DNA of 63,041 nucleotides, filler included, from Craspedostauros australis (taxonomy: Eukaryota): NCBI GenBank assembly GCA_030167865.1. It is 22 parts of 22 records of this genome, joined end to end, with 100 filler letters (N's around TTAATTAATTAA, not from the genome) between each part and the next. Parts side by side here need not be neighbours in the genome. Positions count along the whole stretch, not along the records: positions 1 to 3,529 come from JALAGF010000651.1; positions 3,630 to 5,202 come from JALAGF010000652.1; positions 5,303 to 7,779 come from JALAGF010000653.1; positions 7,880 to 9,119 come from JALAGF010000654.1; positions 9,220 to 10,459 come from JALAGF010000655.1; positions 10,560 to 12,059 come from JALAGF010000656.1; 16 more parts are not named here. One strand, 5' to 3'. Positions 1-12,159 of this stretch are shown piece by piece; position 1 is the stretch's first letter; the number at the start of each line of letters is the position of its first letter. The notes beneath the pieces were generated by a model. The model searched no databases. It saw nothing but the letters and a program-made list of their open reading frames with translations, and was not told the origin of the DNA. The translations under genes were made by a program, and so were the position numbers.

Positions 1-822
1 GATTGTCATCGGTATTGACGGGACTCGGTCATTTGGGCCAGCGGCATCGATGCCTCGTTGTATTTGTCCGAAGTAGGACCAACATGATGTCTCACTAAGT
101 TCTTCGAAAGGAGGTTCGTTCTTCGCCAATCGCGGAATGTCAATTGAGGCTTTCTTGTGTCTGGTGACAAAATCGTTATTCGATGTCGAATTAGTCGTAC
201 TAGTCGAGTTTCCGTCTCCGCTGCTTTTTGCCGGGTGTCCCTGTTAGAAATATCTCTCGCGGTTCGTTCGTGGACAAGTAACTTGTGGGGACACAACGCG
301 GCTAACGTTGGCATCGCGCATGGCGCGAAACGAAAAAGAGGAATTGGGGACTTATGCACGACTGAATTGGTTGGTCCCGTGTACGATCACACGTGAGTGA
401 CTTGATCCCACACAAAGTCACCAACATCAACCGAAAAGATCGCAACGCACCAAAGCACAAGCAGTGCTGAACAGGAGTCCTCACACATGTGTGGGGATGG
501 ATGCGGCAAGGCTCCCACGCTTTGTCCTCCAGAATGCGCCAAGTGTTAAGTTGTTGGCGTATTGGGATGTGATGCCAACGTGCGACGGCATCGTGCTCTG
601 GAGAGAGCAGAGCCGAGTAGACGGGGCTTGAAGCGGAGACTTGGACAGGACCACGGCACACAAGAGAGATCTGGCACTGAACAATACATTGAGATTGCGT
701 ACTCCTCTGTTCCACTTGTCTATGAAATGATATGTTTGACAGTAAAACTTCCCCACAATCTTCTTGTTACGCATGCTGCTGCAGCATGATTTGGATGGAC
801 AGAACAGTCGTCGACGACAGCA

Positions 823-2673
823 CTACGTGCAAGGGATCTCTCCCACCCGACCGAATGGCGTCAACGCATCCCCGTCGCCATCAACGTTGCTGTCGTCCCG
901 ATGCGAGCTGTCGCCGGCACCCGGTTCGCCGTAGTAGTACACATCGTCTCCCTCGTTGAGCTTTTGCGCACGTTGTGACCACAGATCCTCGAACATTTGA
1001 ATTTTGTCCGGCACGGACGATGGCGGTTTCTTGGGTGGTTTGAGGGATGATTTGGACGATGATTTCTTGAGTGATTTGCGCGCGTTCTTGGACGATGGCT
1101 TTTTGGATTTGCTGCGGCTGCTGCTGTTGCTGATGTCCATCGTCGATGATGATTTCTTCTTTTTCTTTCGTTCGGATTTCGCTGACGGAGATCCGAACGG
1201 CGAGAGGTTGTACGATGGCAGGGACTTGAGGGAATCGGCAGATTCGCTGTACTGCTGCAACGCTGCTGATATTTTGGTGGCCTTTCTGCTGCTGCTACGA
1301 CGTGATGATGACGACTTCTTTTTGGATTTCTTGATTCTGGCCAAGCCCGATTCGCTGCGGACGCTCTTCATATCGTCATCATCATCACCGCCGTCATCGT
1401 CATGGTCATCGTGATCACCATCGTTATCGCTGTGCCTGTCTCGATGTTTCCTGCGACTTGAATGCTCGCCCCTCTTATTTTTGGACGATGATGACGATTT
1501 GGAAGATTTCTTCTTCTTCTTGTGACTGCTTCTGCTGCTGCTGCCGCTCTTGGAGGGCAGTTTCAAACTGCGCGTGGACGTCGCTTTGCTCATGCCATCG
1601 CTCCTGAGCGCTAGCTTGGTATTGCCGACGCTGAGGGGAGACATCAAATCCGCCTCTCGATTCGATTCGTTGCTTGGTGCCGCCAGGGACATCTGGCTCG
1701 GTGTTTGTGACGAAAAGCGAGAGATCCTGCGCCGACTTTTGCCCGCCTTGCGATCCTTGGACAGAGCCGGCGCACTTTTGAAGCTGGAAATGCTGTAGAC
1801 GCTGTGCATGTCATCATCGTCATCATCGTCGTCGTCGGCAGTGCGAGACGATGACCCATCTTGTTCACCTTCGTTGTCGTTGTCGCTGCTGGATCGATCG
1901 AAGTACGAAAATGGCTTTGTCTGTTTCTTGAATGTGATGCGAGAACTGGGTTTCTTCTGCTTCAAATTGACATCGTTGCCTTGCACGTCGTCGTTGTTGT
2001 CGTCATTGCTACCATTGCTACCATTGCTGTCGTTGCTGTCGTGAGTAGGGGGATTATCGCCATCGTCAGCAATTTCAAAATCGCCGATCTGCAACGAACC
2101 AAAGGATGACAGAGATCCCGTTCCGAGAGAGGACACCGATGACGCGAACTTGGCGTTGGTGCTGGGCTCGAACTGGAGTTCCACCTCGATGTCACCGGTT
2201 GCAGCATCGTCTGCTTCTTCCTGTTTGTCTGCGTTTGTGGATGTGTCTCTGTCTGCGGCTGCGGCTGCGGCTGTATCTACGCTTGTGACTGTGACTGACG
2301 CCCGTTTATCATCTGCATCTGTAGCAGCCGCATCTGCAGCAGCAGCATCTGTGGCAACAGCATCTGTAGCAGCAGCATCTGCAGAAGCGCTCCCCTTGTC
2401 ACTTATCCTGCCTCTCTTGCCATCCTTCTTGGCACCGCGCCTGGATCGCTTCGGTTTGGAACTGGACGACCGCTGCTGTCGCAAAGAGCGCAAAGCGCTG
2501 AGACGGTTGGAGCAGCGGGAACGGGACCTCGAGCGATCATCCGGATCCGTGGACTTGCTGCCATGTTTGGCCTTCTCGATGGACCTCCCCCTGCCGTTGC
2601 TGTCTGTTGCGGACAGCATCTTGTCCTGCTTGGTGTCGCCATCCCGCAGCTCCAGCTCTCCCTCGATCGTCAT
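823..2673 (-). CDS. Low-complexity Ser/Lys/Asp-rich, probably disordered hypothetical protein (616 aa)
   Basis: Long ATG-started ORF with poly-S, poly-K and poly-D tracts. No recognisable domain or signal peptide. Confidence 0.6.
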   Translation of the reverse strand: MTIEGELELRDGDTKQDKMLSATDSNGRGRSIEKAKHGSKSTDPDDRSRSRSRCSNRLSALRSLRQQRSSSSKPKRSRRGAKKDGKRGRISDKGSASADAAATDAVATDAAAADAAATDADDKRASVTVTSVDTAAAAAADRDTSTNADKQEEADDAATGDIEVELQFEPSTNAKFASSVSSLGTGSLSSFGSLQIGDFEIADDGDNPPTHDSNDSNGSNGSNDDNNDDVQGNDVNLKQKKPSSRITFKKQTKPFSYFDRSSSDNDNEGEQDGSSSRTADDDDDDDDDMHSVYSISSFKSAPALSKDRKAGKSRRRISRFSSQTPSQMSLAAPSNESNREADLMSPLSVGNTKLALRSDGMSKATSTRSLKLPSKSGSSSRSSHKKKKKSSKSSSSSKNKRGEHSSRRKHRDRHSDNDGDHDDHDDDGGDDDDDMKSVRSESGLARIKKSKKKSSSSRRSSSRKATKISAALQQYSESADSLKSLPSYNLSPFGSPSAKSERKKKKKSSSTMDISNSSSRSKSKKPSSKNARKSLKKSSSKSSLKPPKKPPSSVPDKIQMFEDLWSQRAQKLNEGDDVYYYGEPGAGDSSHRDDSNVDGDGDALTPFGRVGEIPCT

Positions 2674-3352
2674 GGTGCGAGTGTGTTGAGTTGTTGAGTT
2701 GTTGCGACTGTGCTTCTATAGTCGTAGAATAGTATGATGAGTTTGATGTTGTTGATGTTGTGCATGGAATCGGAGAGTGTTGCGATGCGTCATCAATAAC
2801 GCTCTCTGTTGGTGTTCGGTGTTCCGCTGGTTGCGTCAAAGTCGCCTTGACTCTTCTTGCTGTTCCGCACGTGCCACTATGTACTATTACTATGTATTCG
2901 TTGTGGACTTCGGTGTCGGCTTCGTTCAGAGGTCTTGTTGCGCGCGAAATGTTCGTGGCCGCAAGTCACCAAGATCGAGACGGAAGTTGTCTGTCGATCC
3001 ACCTGTCTCTCTGCATTGCGCTTAAGTGTTTGTCATGTCCAACCGTAACATTGGCGATGTTGGTCATCTCGTTATGACCCAGGTGAGCGAGTGGACCAAC
3101 CTTTGGTAAAGTAGAGTGGCACTTTTTCTTCAATTTCAACACAACCAAGCATATAAACCAACTCATTATAGTCTCCATAGCACCAAGAAAATTACCCAGA
3201 GCCTTGAAGTCCGTAGTTTAAGTTTTATGGACCTGTCAATGTGCACATTTTTGGACTACTCCTAAACTGAGCGATAGACATCCGACAAGTTCGATCCAAA
3301 ATAACGTGTTTGTGTTCTTAGTTTTGGCGAATTTGTTCACATTTTGAATTAA

Positions 3353-3529
3353 TTAGTCCTTATTTTGTTCCTCCATTTTCGCCACCAGTCTCCGTCTCAT
3401 CTTCGTGCGAATCGCATCCCTCACTTCTTGCGGGACCATCTCTTTGTTCTCCGCGTGCCTCCTGGTGGTGTTGGCCTCACACCACATCCTATTCTCCCTT
3501 TCCTCTTCTTCCATCTCTTCCTCTTCTTG
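3353..3529 (-). CDS. C-terminal fragment of an unknown protein (QEEEEMEEEE...EVRDAIRTKMRRRLVAKMEEQNKD*), possibly transposon-encoded
   Basis: Frame is open from the contig edge to TAA at 3355-3353. It points toward a motif (3217-3233) shared with the repeat module at 32.9 kb. Confidence 0.3.
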   Translation of the reverse strand, partial: QEEEEMEEEERENRMWCEANTTRRHAENKEMVPQEVRDAIRTKMRRRLVAKMEEQNKD

Positions 3530-3629
3530 NNNNNNNNNNNNNNNNNNNNNNNNNNNNNNNNNNNNNNNNNNNNTTAATTAATTAANNNNNNNNNNNNNNN
3601 NNNNNNNNNNNNNNNNNNNNNNNNNNNNN
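3530..3629. other. Artificial contig linker (N44-TTAATTAATTAA-N44), first of 21 in the window
   Basis: The same 100-bp spacer with six-frame stops recurs near 3574, 5247, 7824, 9164, 10504, 12104, 13411, 15287, 16675, 18073, 20519, 22179, 24594, 25975, 27949, 34534, 36601, 38237, 39437, 45477 and 57270. Confidence 0.98.
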
Positions 3630-4330
3630 CAGCTCCATCTCCATGTCGTCGAGCTTGGCGCTCACGAACGCGGGGATCTCCTCGCAGGGAGCGGAGCTCC
3701 CGGTGATGTCCTCATGTATGTGCTTGCGTTCTTCGGATGACATCGCGTGCAGCTCTTGCGCGATGATATCGGGGACCTTGAATGTGTTCAAGATGTCGTC
3801 GTTGGTCAACGGTGTGGTTTGCTCCGCATCTGCTCCTATTGCGGCGTTCGCAAATGTGTTCGCGCAAGCGGGATTGCTGTGATTAGTATCCTCGTTCGGT
3901 TTCCCGATCTGAGCATGAGGAGAGAGACGACGATGGATTGTGAGCTATATCAACATGCGGTTTGGTTCACTGTTGGCGTTCCGGTTGCAACTTCATTCGA
4001 ACTATTATAGTAGGTATGGTATCTCCGCGGTCGTAGTCGGCATCATGGGCTACAGAGAATCATCGCCATTGCGCAAGTACTCACCTTGCCATCATCGTCA
4101 CGGAGAGTGCTGCTGCTGAAGTCACAGTTGCAGCCGTTGCCAGTGTCTGAGCCGAGGTCTGATCTGGCTTCAACGATCTCATTGCCAAGCGTGCGAATAT
4201 TATGCTCGCCATGACATGGAAAGCAGGATTCTGACAAAGAGCAGCTCGCCAAGAGGAACTCATCGTCATCCGTGCAAAGCATCGAATACGCATCCAGTTG
4301 CTGCCACTCGTCGGCGGAGAAGATACTCAT
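3630..4330 (-). CDS. 5' part of a diatom multigene-family protein (resembles DUF6824-associated family members); two exons
   Basis: ATG at 4330 (MSIFSADEW). Phase-0 intron 4084-3909 (GTGAGT...polypyrimidine CTCAG) joins ...DDGK to IGKPNED... Continues as IAQELHAMSSEERKHIHEDITG...EEIPAFVSAKLDDMEMEL, a motif I recall from an expanded diatom family. Truncated by gap. Confidence 0.6.
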
Positions 4331-5302
4331 GGTGGGAGTGCCGGTCACGGTGTTTACAGTAGTAATGGGTATTTCACGCAAGATTGATGTCTGTGCTTGT
4401 GGCTTGAAGTGATTCTGTGAGCACACTGCGCTGATCTGGGGTGGGCTGGAGGAAGATGGGCTGAAGGAAATTGAGCTCACAGCGTCTCACGGCATCTTTG
4501 TTTGATGTCGAGTTTGTGGAAGAAACAGGAACTGCCGTTGCTGTTGAGAATTCGTTGTGTGGGTGCAGGTGGACACTGGAGTGGCCCATGTAGCGCCATG
4601 GCTCAGACTTCAAGCTTGTTCTGATCGAAATCACGGTCGACACAACACGCAACAGGGACAGCCGCGCTCCCCCTTGTTGTGCTTTGTCATGATGCTGAGA
4701 GCCGCTTGACTTGTCTTTTGGCTTCAGGTATTATAGTTTGCTCACAATGGCGCGGTGTCCCCTTGGGTATGCGAGCGAACTGGAGAGGTAAAGCAGACAG
4801 AGAGCAGCTGGTTGTTGACATATCCTCAATGAGATGGCCTACGTGGTGGGTACAGGGAGAACGTGGCTCTGTGTGTCCTGACACATGAACCCCCAAGCAT
4901 CGAGATGCATGTGCGCAGCACAAAGCACGGGAGCGAACGAGAACACCGCCGCGATTGTTGGGTTCCTTCTTCGTTTCTCGTCCCCCCTTTCTCCGCCCCC
5001 TGTTCATCTGCGAATGTTTGTCGCGCTTCTTTCATCGAACGTCATCTTCCTCGGTCTCTTGATTTCGAGATGTAAGTTTAGGGATCAGCCACGAACGATA
5101 ACGTTGTACATACAATGATACACTATAATGCGGTGCAATTGCGTTGATGGAAATGCAAGCTATTATATTATAGATCCGTGATGTATAGTAAGATAGTTGG
5201 ATNNNNNNNNNNNNNNNNNNNNNNNNNNNNNNNNNNNNNNNNNNNNTTAATTAATTAANNNNNNNNNNNNNNNNNNNNNNNNNNNNNNNNNNNNNNNNNN
5301 NN

Positions 5303-7779
5303 ACGAGCTGTCGGAACCGTTCGAGGTCGGACTGCGTCGCACAGATGCATCGTCGGAGATTCGCAAAGTTGTCATGACTTAGGAGTTCCCATGCGAGATC
5401 GACGGAGTTTTGCTCGGCGACGCTCTTGTTCTTGTAGTGGATGGCGATGCCCACGCCCTCCTTGACGAGCACCGTGTTTGGAACGCCGCAGTGATCCACA
5501 TCATGGATCAAGGCGGAGAACGCACAGGCGAACTGAGTCAATGGATCCGATGTGATCCCGTACGTGTACTCGTGCAGCTTCTTGGCCCTTCCCGNGCTGG
5601 TCGATGCCTTGNGTGACAACGATGNCNATGNCATCGCGCCAGTGTTGTTCGCATTGTNCATGCTCTGCTGCTGGTACGCCCACTCCACGGTGCGATTGTC
5701 GCCGTTGGTGTCGGCGCTGCTGATGCAGTCGATTCGTTTGTCGGGCGTCACGACACGTGACAGCAACTTCGTCACTGACTGGACGACGTGAGAGGCATGC
5801 TCAAAGCAATGGAAGGAGTTGTGTCGGTACATTTGCGAGACGGCGATGACATATTCGCGCAGCTCGGATATGACGGCGGGATCCAACTTCACAGTCGCTG
5901 GGTCACACTTGTACTTGGAGGCCCTGTCCGGAAGCTCGATGATTTCTTTCACTTCATCTAGGACGGTATGATCAGGCTTGTCATCACCAGGTGTCACTGC
6001 AAGGAAGTTCACCGGATCTGAATGATCACCTGATGCGTTCGGTCGGCTCCTTGTGAACGATGGCATCGGAGATGTTAGTGACGACGAAGACGATGGAGTT
6101 CGTGGATCTCGCATCGCCACCACCTTCTGCAACAATCCCTGAAGGACCTCTGCATTCCACTCCACCAGTCGCTGCATCTTCCTTTCTTGTTGTTCCTGCT
6201 TGCTGTGTGTATGTTTGCTGTGACGGACCGGCGATGCTGTCAGTGGTGGTGGTGGTAGTGGTGGCACCGCACCTACTACGATGGGAGTGGTTAACCCGGA
6301 GGTCGGTTGTGTGGTTATGGTCCCTGCCATTGAGATGGAAGTTGCAGTTGTCATCGGACATGATGTGCCGGGGTGAACAGCGTCTTGTTTGGCAGTGACC
6401 GGTGTCTGCATGCTCGTAGTCGGATCGATGCCGTTGTTTTCGATTTGAATGGAGCCATCGCCAACTTGCATTGCGGAAGCTATCATCTGGATGGATCCGT
6501 GCGAGCTATGATGGTCGCGATCGAATGCCCAATACGTCTGGACCTTGCCCTTGCCCTTGATTTCGACGAGGTCGTCTCTTGCCACAGTCCAGTGTGGCTT
6601 GCCATTCGCTGCAAGCAGCTTGGCTGTGTCGGCGGACACATGGATGTGATTCTCAAGGCCGGTGCTCTCCATCCTTGCAGCCATGTTGACGGTGTCACCG
6701 AACAGCTGGAAGCGAGTCTTCTCGCCGCGTAGCACGCCAGCAGTGACAGGACCAGAATGGATACCGAACCTCATGGTCAGGTCGCCAGTGTCAGGCCCCA
6801 GAAGGACTTCCAACGATTGCACACAGCCATCCATTTGATGCAGGCACTCTCGCGCAAACCGCAGCATGGCCACGGCATGATCGTCACGAGGATTCGGAAG
6901 TCCGCACGCAGCAACATAGCAATCTCCGATCGTTTCGACCTTGAAGATGCCTCTTCGCTTCGCGATGGCGTCGAACGTGCTGTAGATCTGCTCAAGGAGA
7001 GTGAAGACTTGGGACGGCTCCCTCACGCTGGCCCACGCTGTGAAGCCAGCGATGTCCGCGAACAGGACCGTGACGGAGGGGAACAGATCTGCGATGGGCT
7101 CCGATAGAAGTAGCCGCGCCTTTTCGGCCTCGTAGTCAGCGAGGCTTTCCATCCGTCTCGTGATCTTCTTTGGGGCACTAGCATGATTGTGGGCTGATAA
7201 TGCCGCGTTGCTTGTGTTTCTTGATGCTCCTCGGAGAATGGCTTTGCCTCTTGTGAACAGATTCGAGACGGGAGATGGCGCGATCTGGTCTCTGCCTTCA
7301 ACCTTGTGCCTCTCTGTGTCCTTCACTGCGGCATCATGATCCTTGATCAATCGATCGCGGAACTGTGCGGGAAAGAGAGATGTGACGATGGCATTCGTTC
7401 GGGCAGCTGAATGCATCACGGTCTTCTGCCGGTTCTGAACGAGATAATCATACAGGATGAAGGCTACCGAAGTCACCATGAAGACCAGGACGACGGCGAT
7501 GGTGTAAGTCAACGGTGTGCTTGTGATGTACTCAGACTCAAAGTCTTCTGTTGGATATAGACTTATCGAGTAGTGGCATACGTGCAGATATTCGGTACCT
7601 TCCAGGATTGAGAACTTGGCAGACAACTCCAGATGGTCGAATCGGCTGTCGTGATAATCGCCAACCCCGGTATGCATGACTTCGGGTCCAGAGATGCGGT
7701 AGCTGATGGTTTGATCGCACGTGCTCTTGATGACCAGATCGATGGGTCGGACGCCAGCAGGGACGATCTTTTCGAAGTA
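5303..7779 (-). CDS. Membrane-anchored class III adenylate/guanylate cyclase fused to an HD-type cyclic-nucleotide phosphodiesterase domain (partial)
   Basis: Frame open across the whole contig. TM helix (YTIAVVLVFMVTSVAFILYDY). Cyclase motifs TVLFADIAGFT, KVETIGDCYVA, RFGIHSGPVTAGVL and FQLFGDTVNMAARMES. PDE-like motifs FHCFEHASHV and ALIHDVDHCGVPN. Confidence 0.92.
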
Positions 7780-7879
7780 NNNNNNNNNNNNNNNNNNNNN
7801 NNNNNNNNNNNNNNNNNNNNNNNTTAATTAATTAANNNNNNNNNNNNNNNNNNNNNNNNNNNNNNNNNNNNNNNNNNNN

Positions 7880-8924
7880 GAGGACTTGAATGTTATGTCG
7901 AGAAATGGCCGTGTCACGATCTTCTTGATTCCATTCAATTCTCGCGTGCGCTACGATGATGACTACGACACGCTCGATGACGAGTGGAACCTCATCGACG
8001 ACTGGATGAAGGAGCAGAACAAGGAACACGCATCAGAAGGGACCAACAAAGCATTCTTCTCGTCTGCCGATTTCTGGTGGTATGACACCAACGGGTAAGT
8101 CCGCGATCGTCAGTTCGTCATTCTATTGCGCTCCACATATGCTTGGTTTGGCGCAATTCAATGACTTCCAACAACTTCGTCGCTCATCCACTCACTCACT
8201 CACACATGCAAAACATGTATGTACACCTATCCACTTACATATACATACATTTTCGTATACATACACCCACGAACACTCCAACAGACAAATGCTCAAGACA
8301 GCATACGGATCTGTTGGTATTGCGCTTGCTGCTGCCACGATCATGTTGCTGGCCACATCCCGCTCCTTGCTCCTAACTCTCTTCTCGACAACGACCGTGG
8401 CTTACGTTCTCAGCTCCGTCACCGCTTCGCTGGTCTCCCTCGGCTGGACACTGGGCTTCCTTGAGTCCATCTGCTTCGCCATCCTAATCGGAATCTCTTG
8501 CGACTTCGTCCTTCACTTCGCACATGCCTACACCACGATGGAGGGTGATGTGCATCGCGAGGAGCGCACCAAGTTCGCAATACTTCACATGGGACCATCC
8601 ATCTTGGCAGCAGGCTTCACCACGATCGCATCGGCAGCAGTAATGAACTTCACGGTCATCACGTTCTTCCAGAAGTTCGGCCTCATCTTGCTCATCGCCG
8701 TCATCCAAGCAACCATCGGTGCCTTCATCGTGTTCAACACGCTCGTGATCTGCTTCGGTCCCAAGAATCCCTCCAAGATGTATGACGCGCTGAAGGAGAA
8801 GTGTTCAAGTGGAAACCGTGACCCATCGCCAACCAACAAGGATGGAGACAGCAGCGACACGAACAGCGAGGAGGCAAAACACATCGACACCAACACGAAA
8901 ACGCACGCATCTCACTCCTACTAA
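7880..8924 (+). CDS. C-terminal part of a Patched/Dispatched-like (RND, sterol-sensing) membrane protein, copy A
   Basis: Phase-2 intron 8095-8284 (GTAAGT...CAACAG) gives YDTNG-QMLKTA. Multi-TM domain with LIGISCDFVLH (GxxxD motif) and HMGPSILAAGFTT. Stop at 8924. Confidence 0.85.
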
Positions 8925-9219
8925 AAGGATCACACCTTCAACCGATCAGTTTGCATTTCGGCATCAGAAGAGTGACACAAACAGCACGCACAACGCACAA
9001 ACCGTCACGAAACACCTGAAACCCAAGCACAGAAGATGCAGAGCAGAGTCCTCCAAAGTATAATCGTGTATACTCTCTACAAATATTATAGATGAAAGGA
9101 TACATATTCAAACAGTGGGNNNNNNNNNNNNNNNNNNNNNNNNNNNNNNNNNNNNNNNNNNNNTTAATTAATTAANNNNNNNNNNNNNNNNNNNNNNNNN
9201 NNNNNNNNNNNNNNNNNNN

Positions 9220-10264
9220 GAGGACTTGAATGTTATGTCGAGAAATGGCCGTGTCACGATCTTCTTGATTCCATTCAATTCTCGCGTGCGCTACGATGAT
9301 GACTACGACACGCTCGATGACGAGTGGAACCTCATCGACGACTGGATGAAGGAGCAGAACAAGGAACACGCATCAGAAGGGACCAACAAAGCATTCTTCT
9401 CGTCTGCCGATTTCTGGTGGTATGACACCAACGGGTAAGTCCGCGATCGTCAGTTCGTCATTCTATTGCGCTCCACATATGCTTGGTTTGGCGCAATTCA
9501 ATGACTTCCAACAACTTCGTCGCTCATCCACTCACTCACTCACACATGCAAAACATGTATGTACACCTATCCACTTACATATACATACATTTTCGTATAC
9601 ATACACCCACGAACACTCCAACAGACAAATGCTCAAGACAGCATACGGATCTGTTGGTATTGCGCTTGCTGCTGCCACGATCATGTTGCTGGCCACATCC
9701 CGCTCCTTGCTCCTAACTCTCTTCTCGACAACGACCGTGGCTTACGTTCTCAGCTCCGTCACCGCTTCGCTGGTCTCCCTCGGCTGGACACTGGGCTTCC
9801 TTGAGTCCATCTGCTTCGCCATCCTGATCGGAATCTCTTGTGACTTCGTCCTTCACTTCGCACATGCCTACACCACGATGGAGGGTGATGTGCACCGCGA
9901 GGAGCGCACCAAGTTCGCAATACTTCACATGGGACCATCCATCTTGGCAGCAGGCTTCACCACGGTCGCATCGGCAGCAGTAATGAACTTCACGGTCATC
10001 ACGTTCTTCCAGAAGTTCGGCCTCATCTTGCTCATCGCCGTCATCCAAGCAACCATCGGTGCCTTCATCGTGTTCAACACGCTCGTGATCTGCTTCGGTC
10101 CCAAGAATCCCTCCAAGATGTATGACGCGCTGAAGGAGAAGTGTTCAAGTGGAAACCGTGACCCATCGCCAACCAACAAGGATGGAGACAGCAGCGACAC
10201 GAACAGCGAGGAGGCAAAACACATCGACACCAACACGAAAACGCACGCATCTCACTCCTACTAA
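9220..10264 (+). CDS. Same Patched/Dispatched-like gene, copy B (probable allelic haplotig)
   Basis: Contig 9220-10459 repeats 7880-9119 at offset 1340 with the same ends and four substitutions noticed (one I>V). Intron 9435-9624. Confidence 0.85.
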
Positions 10265-10559
10265 AAGGATCACACCTTCAACCGATCAGTTTGCATTTCG
10301 GCATCAGAAGAGTGACACAAACAGCACGCACAACGCACAAACCGTCACGAAACACCTGAAACCCAAGCACAGAAGATGCAGAGCAGAGTCCTCCAAAGTA
10401 TAATCGTGTATACTCTCTACAAATATTATAGATGAAAGGATACATATTCAAACAGTGGGNNNNNNNNNNNNNNNNNNNNNNNNNNNNNNNNNNNNNNNNN
10501 NNNTTAATTAATTAANNNNNNNNNNNNNNNNNNNNNNNNNNNNNNNNNNNNNNNNNNNN

Positions 10560-12059
10560 CCAACTGAGGATGACAAGGCTTCCACAGCCATCATCAAGAG
10601 CCCATCCAAGGAGGTGAGCGCTGTGAACTTGCATCGAATGCTCCGTCACGCACCGCTTGAGACCATGAAGCAGACAGCCACTCAATACGGATGGAAGATC
10701 ATCTGCGAGATGCTGGTGTGTTGCAACTGTGCTGTCGCGAATGCGAGAGTGAAGAACATCTCAAAGACTAGAATCCCAAGAGCGACTCGCCGTGGCGAAC
10801 GCCTCTTCATCGATATCAGTTACACTAAACACATAGGCTTTGGAGATAAACGCTACTGGACCTTGATCGTGGACAGCTTCACGGACTACTGCTGGAGCTT
10901 CTTTCTGAAGAACAAGAGAGACCAACCAGGGTATCAAACGATTTGTGCAGACGATCAAGTCACACACAGGTGATCAACAAATCATTTTCCAAGGCGATAA
11001 CAGCGGAGAGAACAAATCCACGCAGGATACTCTCATCGATGCAGGACTGAATGCGAAATTCGAGTTCATGGCGTCCAACACGCCACAGCGGAATGGTAGA
11101 GTAGAACAAAAGTTTGCGTATCTCTACACCAAGATCCGCTCCATGCTCAATGGAGCACAACTCAACAACAAATAGAGGCATGGCCTGTGGGCATCAGCTG
11201 CAAGCACTGCCACTGCCATCGCCAATTCTTTGACAGCAATCCACCATACACCGATTCACTTCGAACATTCGGAGAGGTGGTTGTTGTGAAGACCACCTAT
11301 GGCAGGATCTCTGCCAAGCTCAAGAATAGAGGAGAAGAGATGGTGTTCATCGGATATGCACACCAACATGCATCAGGAGTGTACAACATGTACAGACCAT
11401 CGACCAAGTCACTGGTCTGTTCCTGCNACATCAAATAGCTCAACCAATCATACGGATAGTTCTGTGGCTGGGCACAAGCACCAAACACACTCAACAATTC
11501 AGAAATGACGAACGCAGATAGCTTCACAACCATTGGACAGAAGGGAGCAACGCCAAGGACGGCAATGCATCAAATGACAGAACCAAGGAGAGTATCCTTT
11601 GCCAACACCAACAAGTATCACATCCTATTGGACAGCGATGATGAGGACGAGGAAGCAGCGACCCAACTGCTCGAGAACGAGGAAGATCGGAGCGAGTCCG
11701 ACCCTGAGGATGACGAGATCCTACCATCCGGCGACAAAGCCGACGATGACAAGGGCATCACTCCTCTGAACACACCAGCGAGGCCTGCGCGTGGTACACC
11801 ATCAAGACCTCCACCAACCAAACCAAGCAAGNGTGACATAGACAGAAAGGAGAGACTCATGTGTCACAAAGCAAGAGGCAGGAAGGGACAGAACAATCCC
11901 AAGGCAACTGCAGGGAAGAAGATTCCCAAAGCACTGTGCGCACTTGCAGACAACAACAGACCAGGTCAAAAGGAACAAGGTGATGAGAACGAATCATCAT
12001 CAAACAAGGAGAGCGACAAACTCAGCGATGAGTTAGCTGACGAACTGAGTGATGACAAC
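10560..12059 (+). mobile_element. Decayed Ty1/copia retrotransposon: GAG-pre-integrase, integrase core and acidic linker
   Basis: LHRMLRH...CCNC zinc-binding motif, ERLFIDIS, LIVDSFTDYCWSFFLKNK, DNSGEN, NTPQRNGRVEQ and KLKNRGEEMVFIGY, broken by frameshifts and stops. The 3' part is homologous to 36657-37320. Confidence 0.9.
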
Positions 12060-12159
12060 NNNNNNNNNNNNNNNNNNNNNNNNNNNNNNNNNNNNNNNNN
12101 NNNTTAATTAATTAANNNNNNNNNNNNNNNNNNNNNNNNNNNNNNNNNNNNNNNNNNNN

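Noticed and set aside
243..390. Short solo LTR (minus strand TG...CTAACA with an E2F-like GGCGCGAAA)
   Set aside because: No TSD or PBS found. CTAACAG could equally be an intron acceptor, since an open frame follows it.
823..2673. Silaffin- or cingulin-like biosilica protein (Lys/Ser-rich)
   Set aside because: No signal peptide and no regular KxxK repeats; it looks like a generic disordered protein.
1004..2689. Plus-strand ORFs overlapping the 823-2673 gene, and similar antisense ORFs throughout the track
   Set aside because: These are shadow frames of low-complexity or codon-biased coding sequence.
3574..3585. Recurrent TTAATTAATTAA motif as a biological repeat
   Set aside because: It is always centred in a 100-bp N block, so it is an assembly linker. 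ORFs ending in X...LIN are artefacts of it.
7880..10459. Tandem duplication of the Patched/Dispatched-like gene
   Set aside because: The copies are separate contigs with the same start and end and only a few SNPs, consistent with allelic haplotigs.
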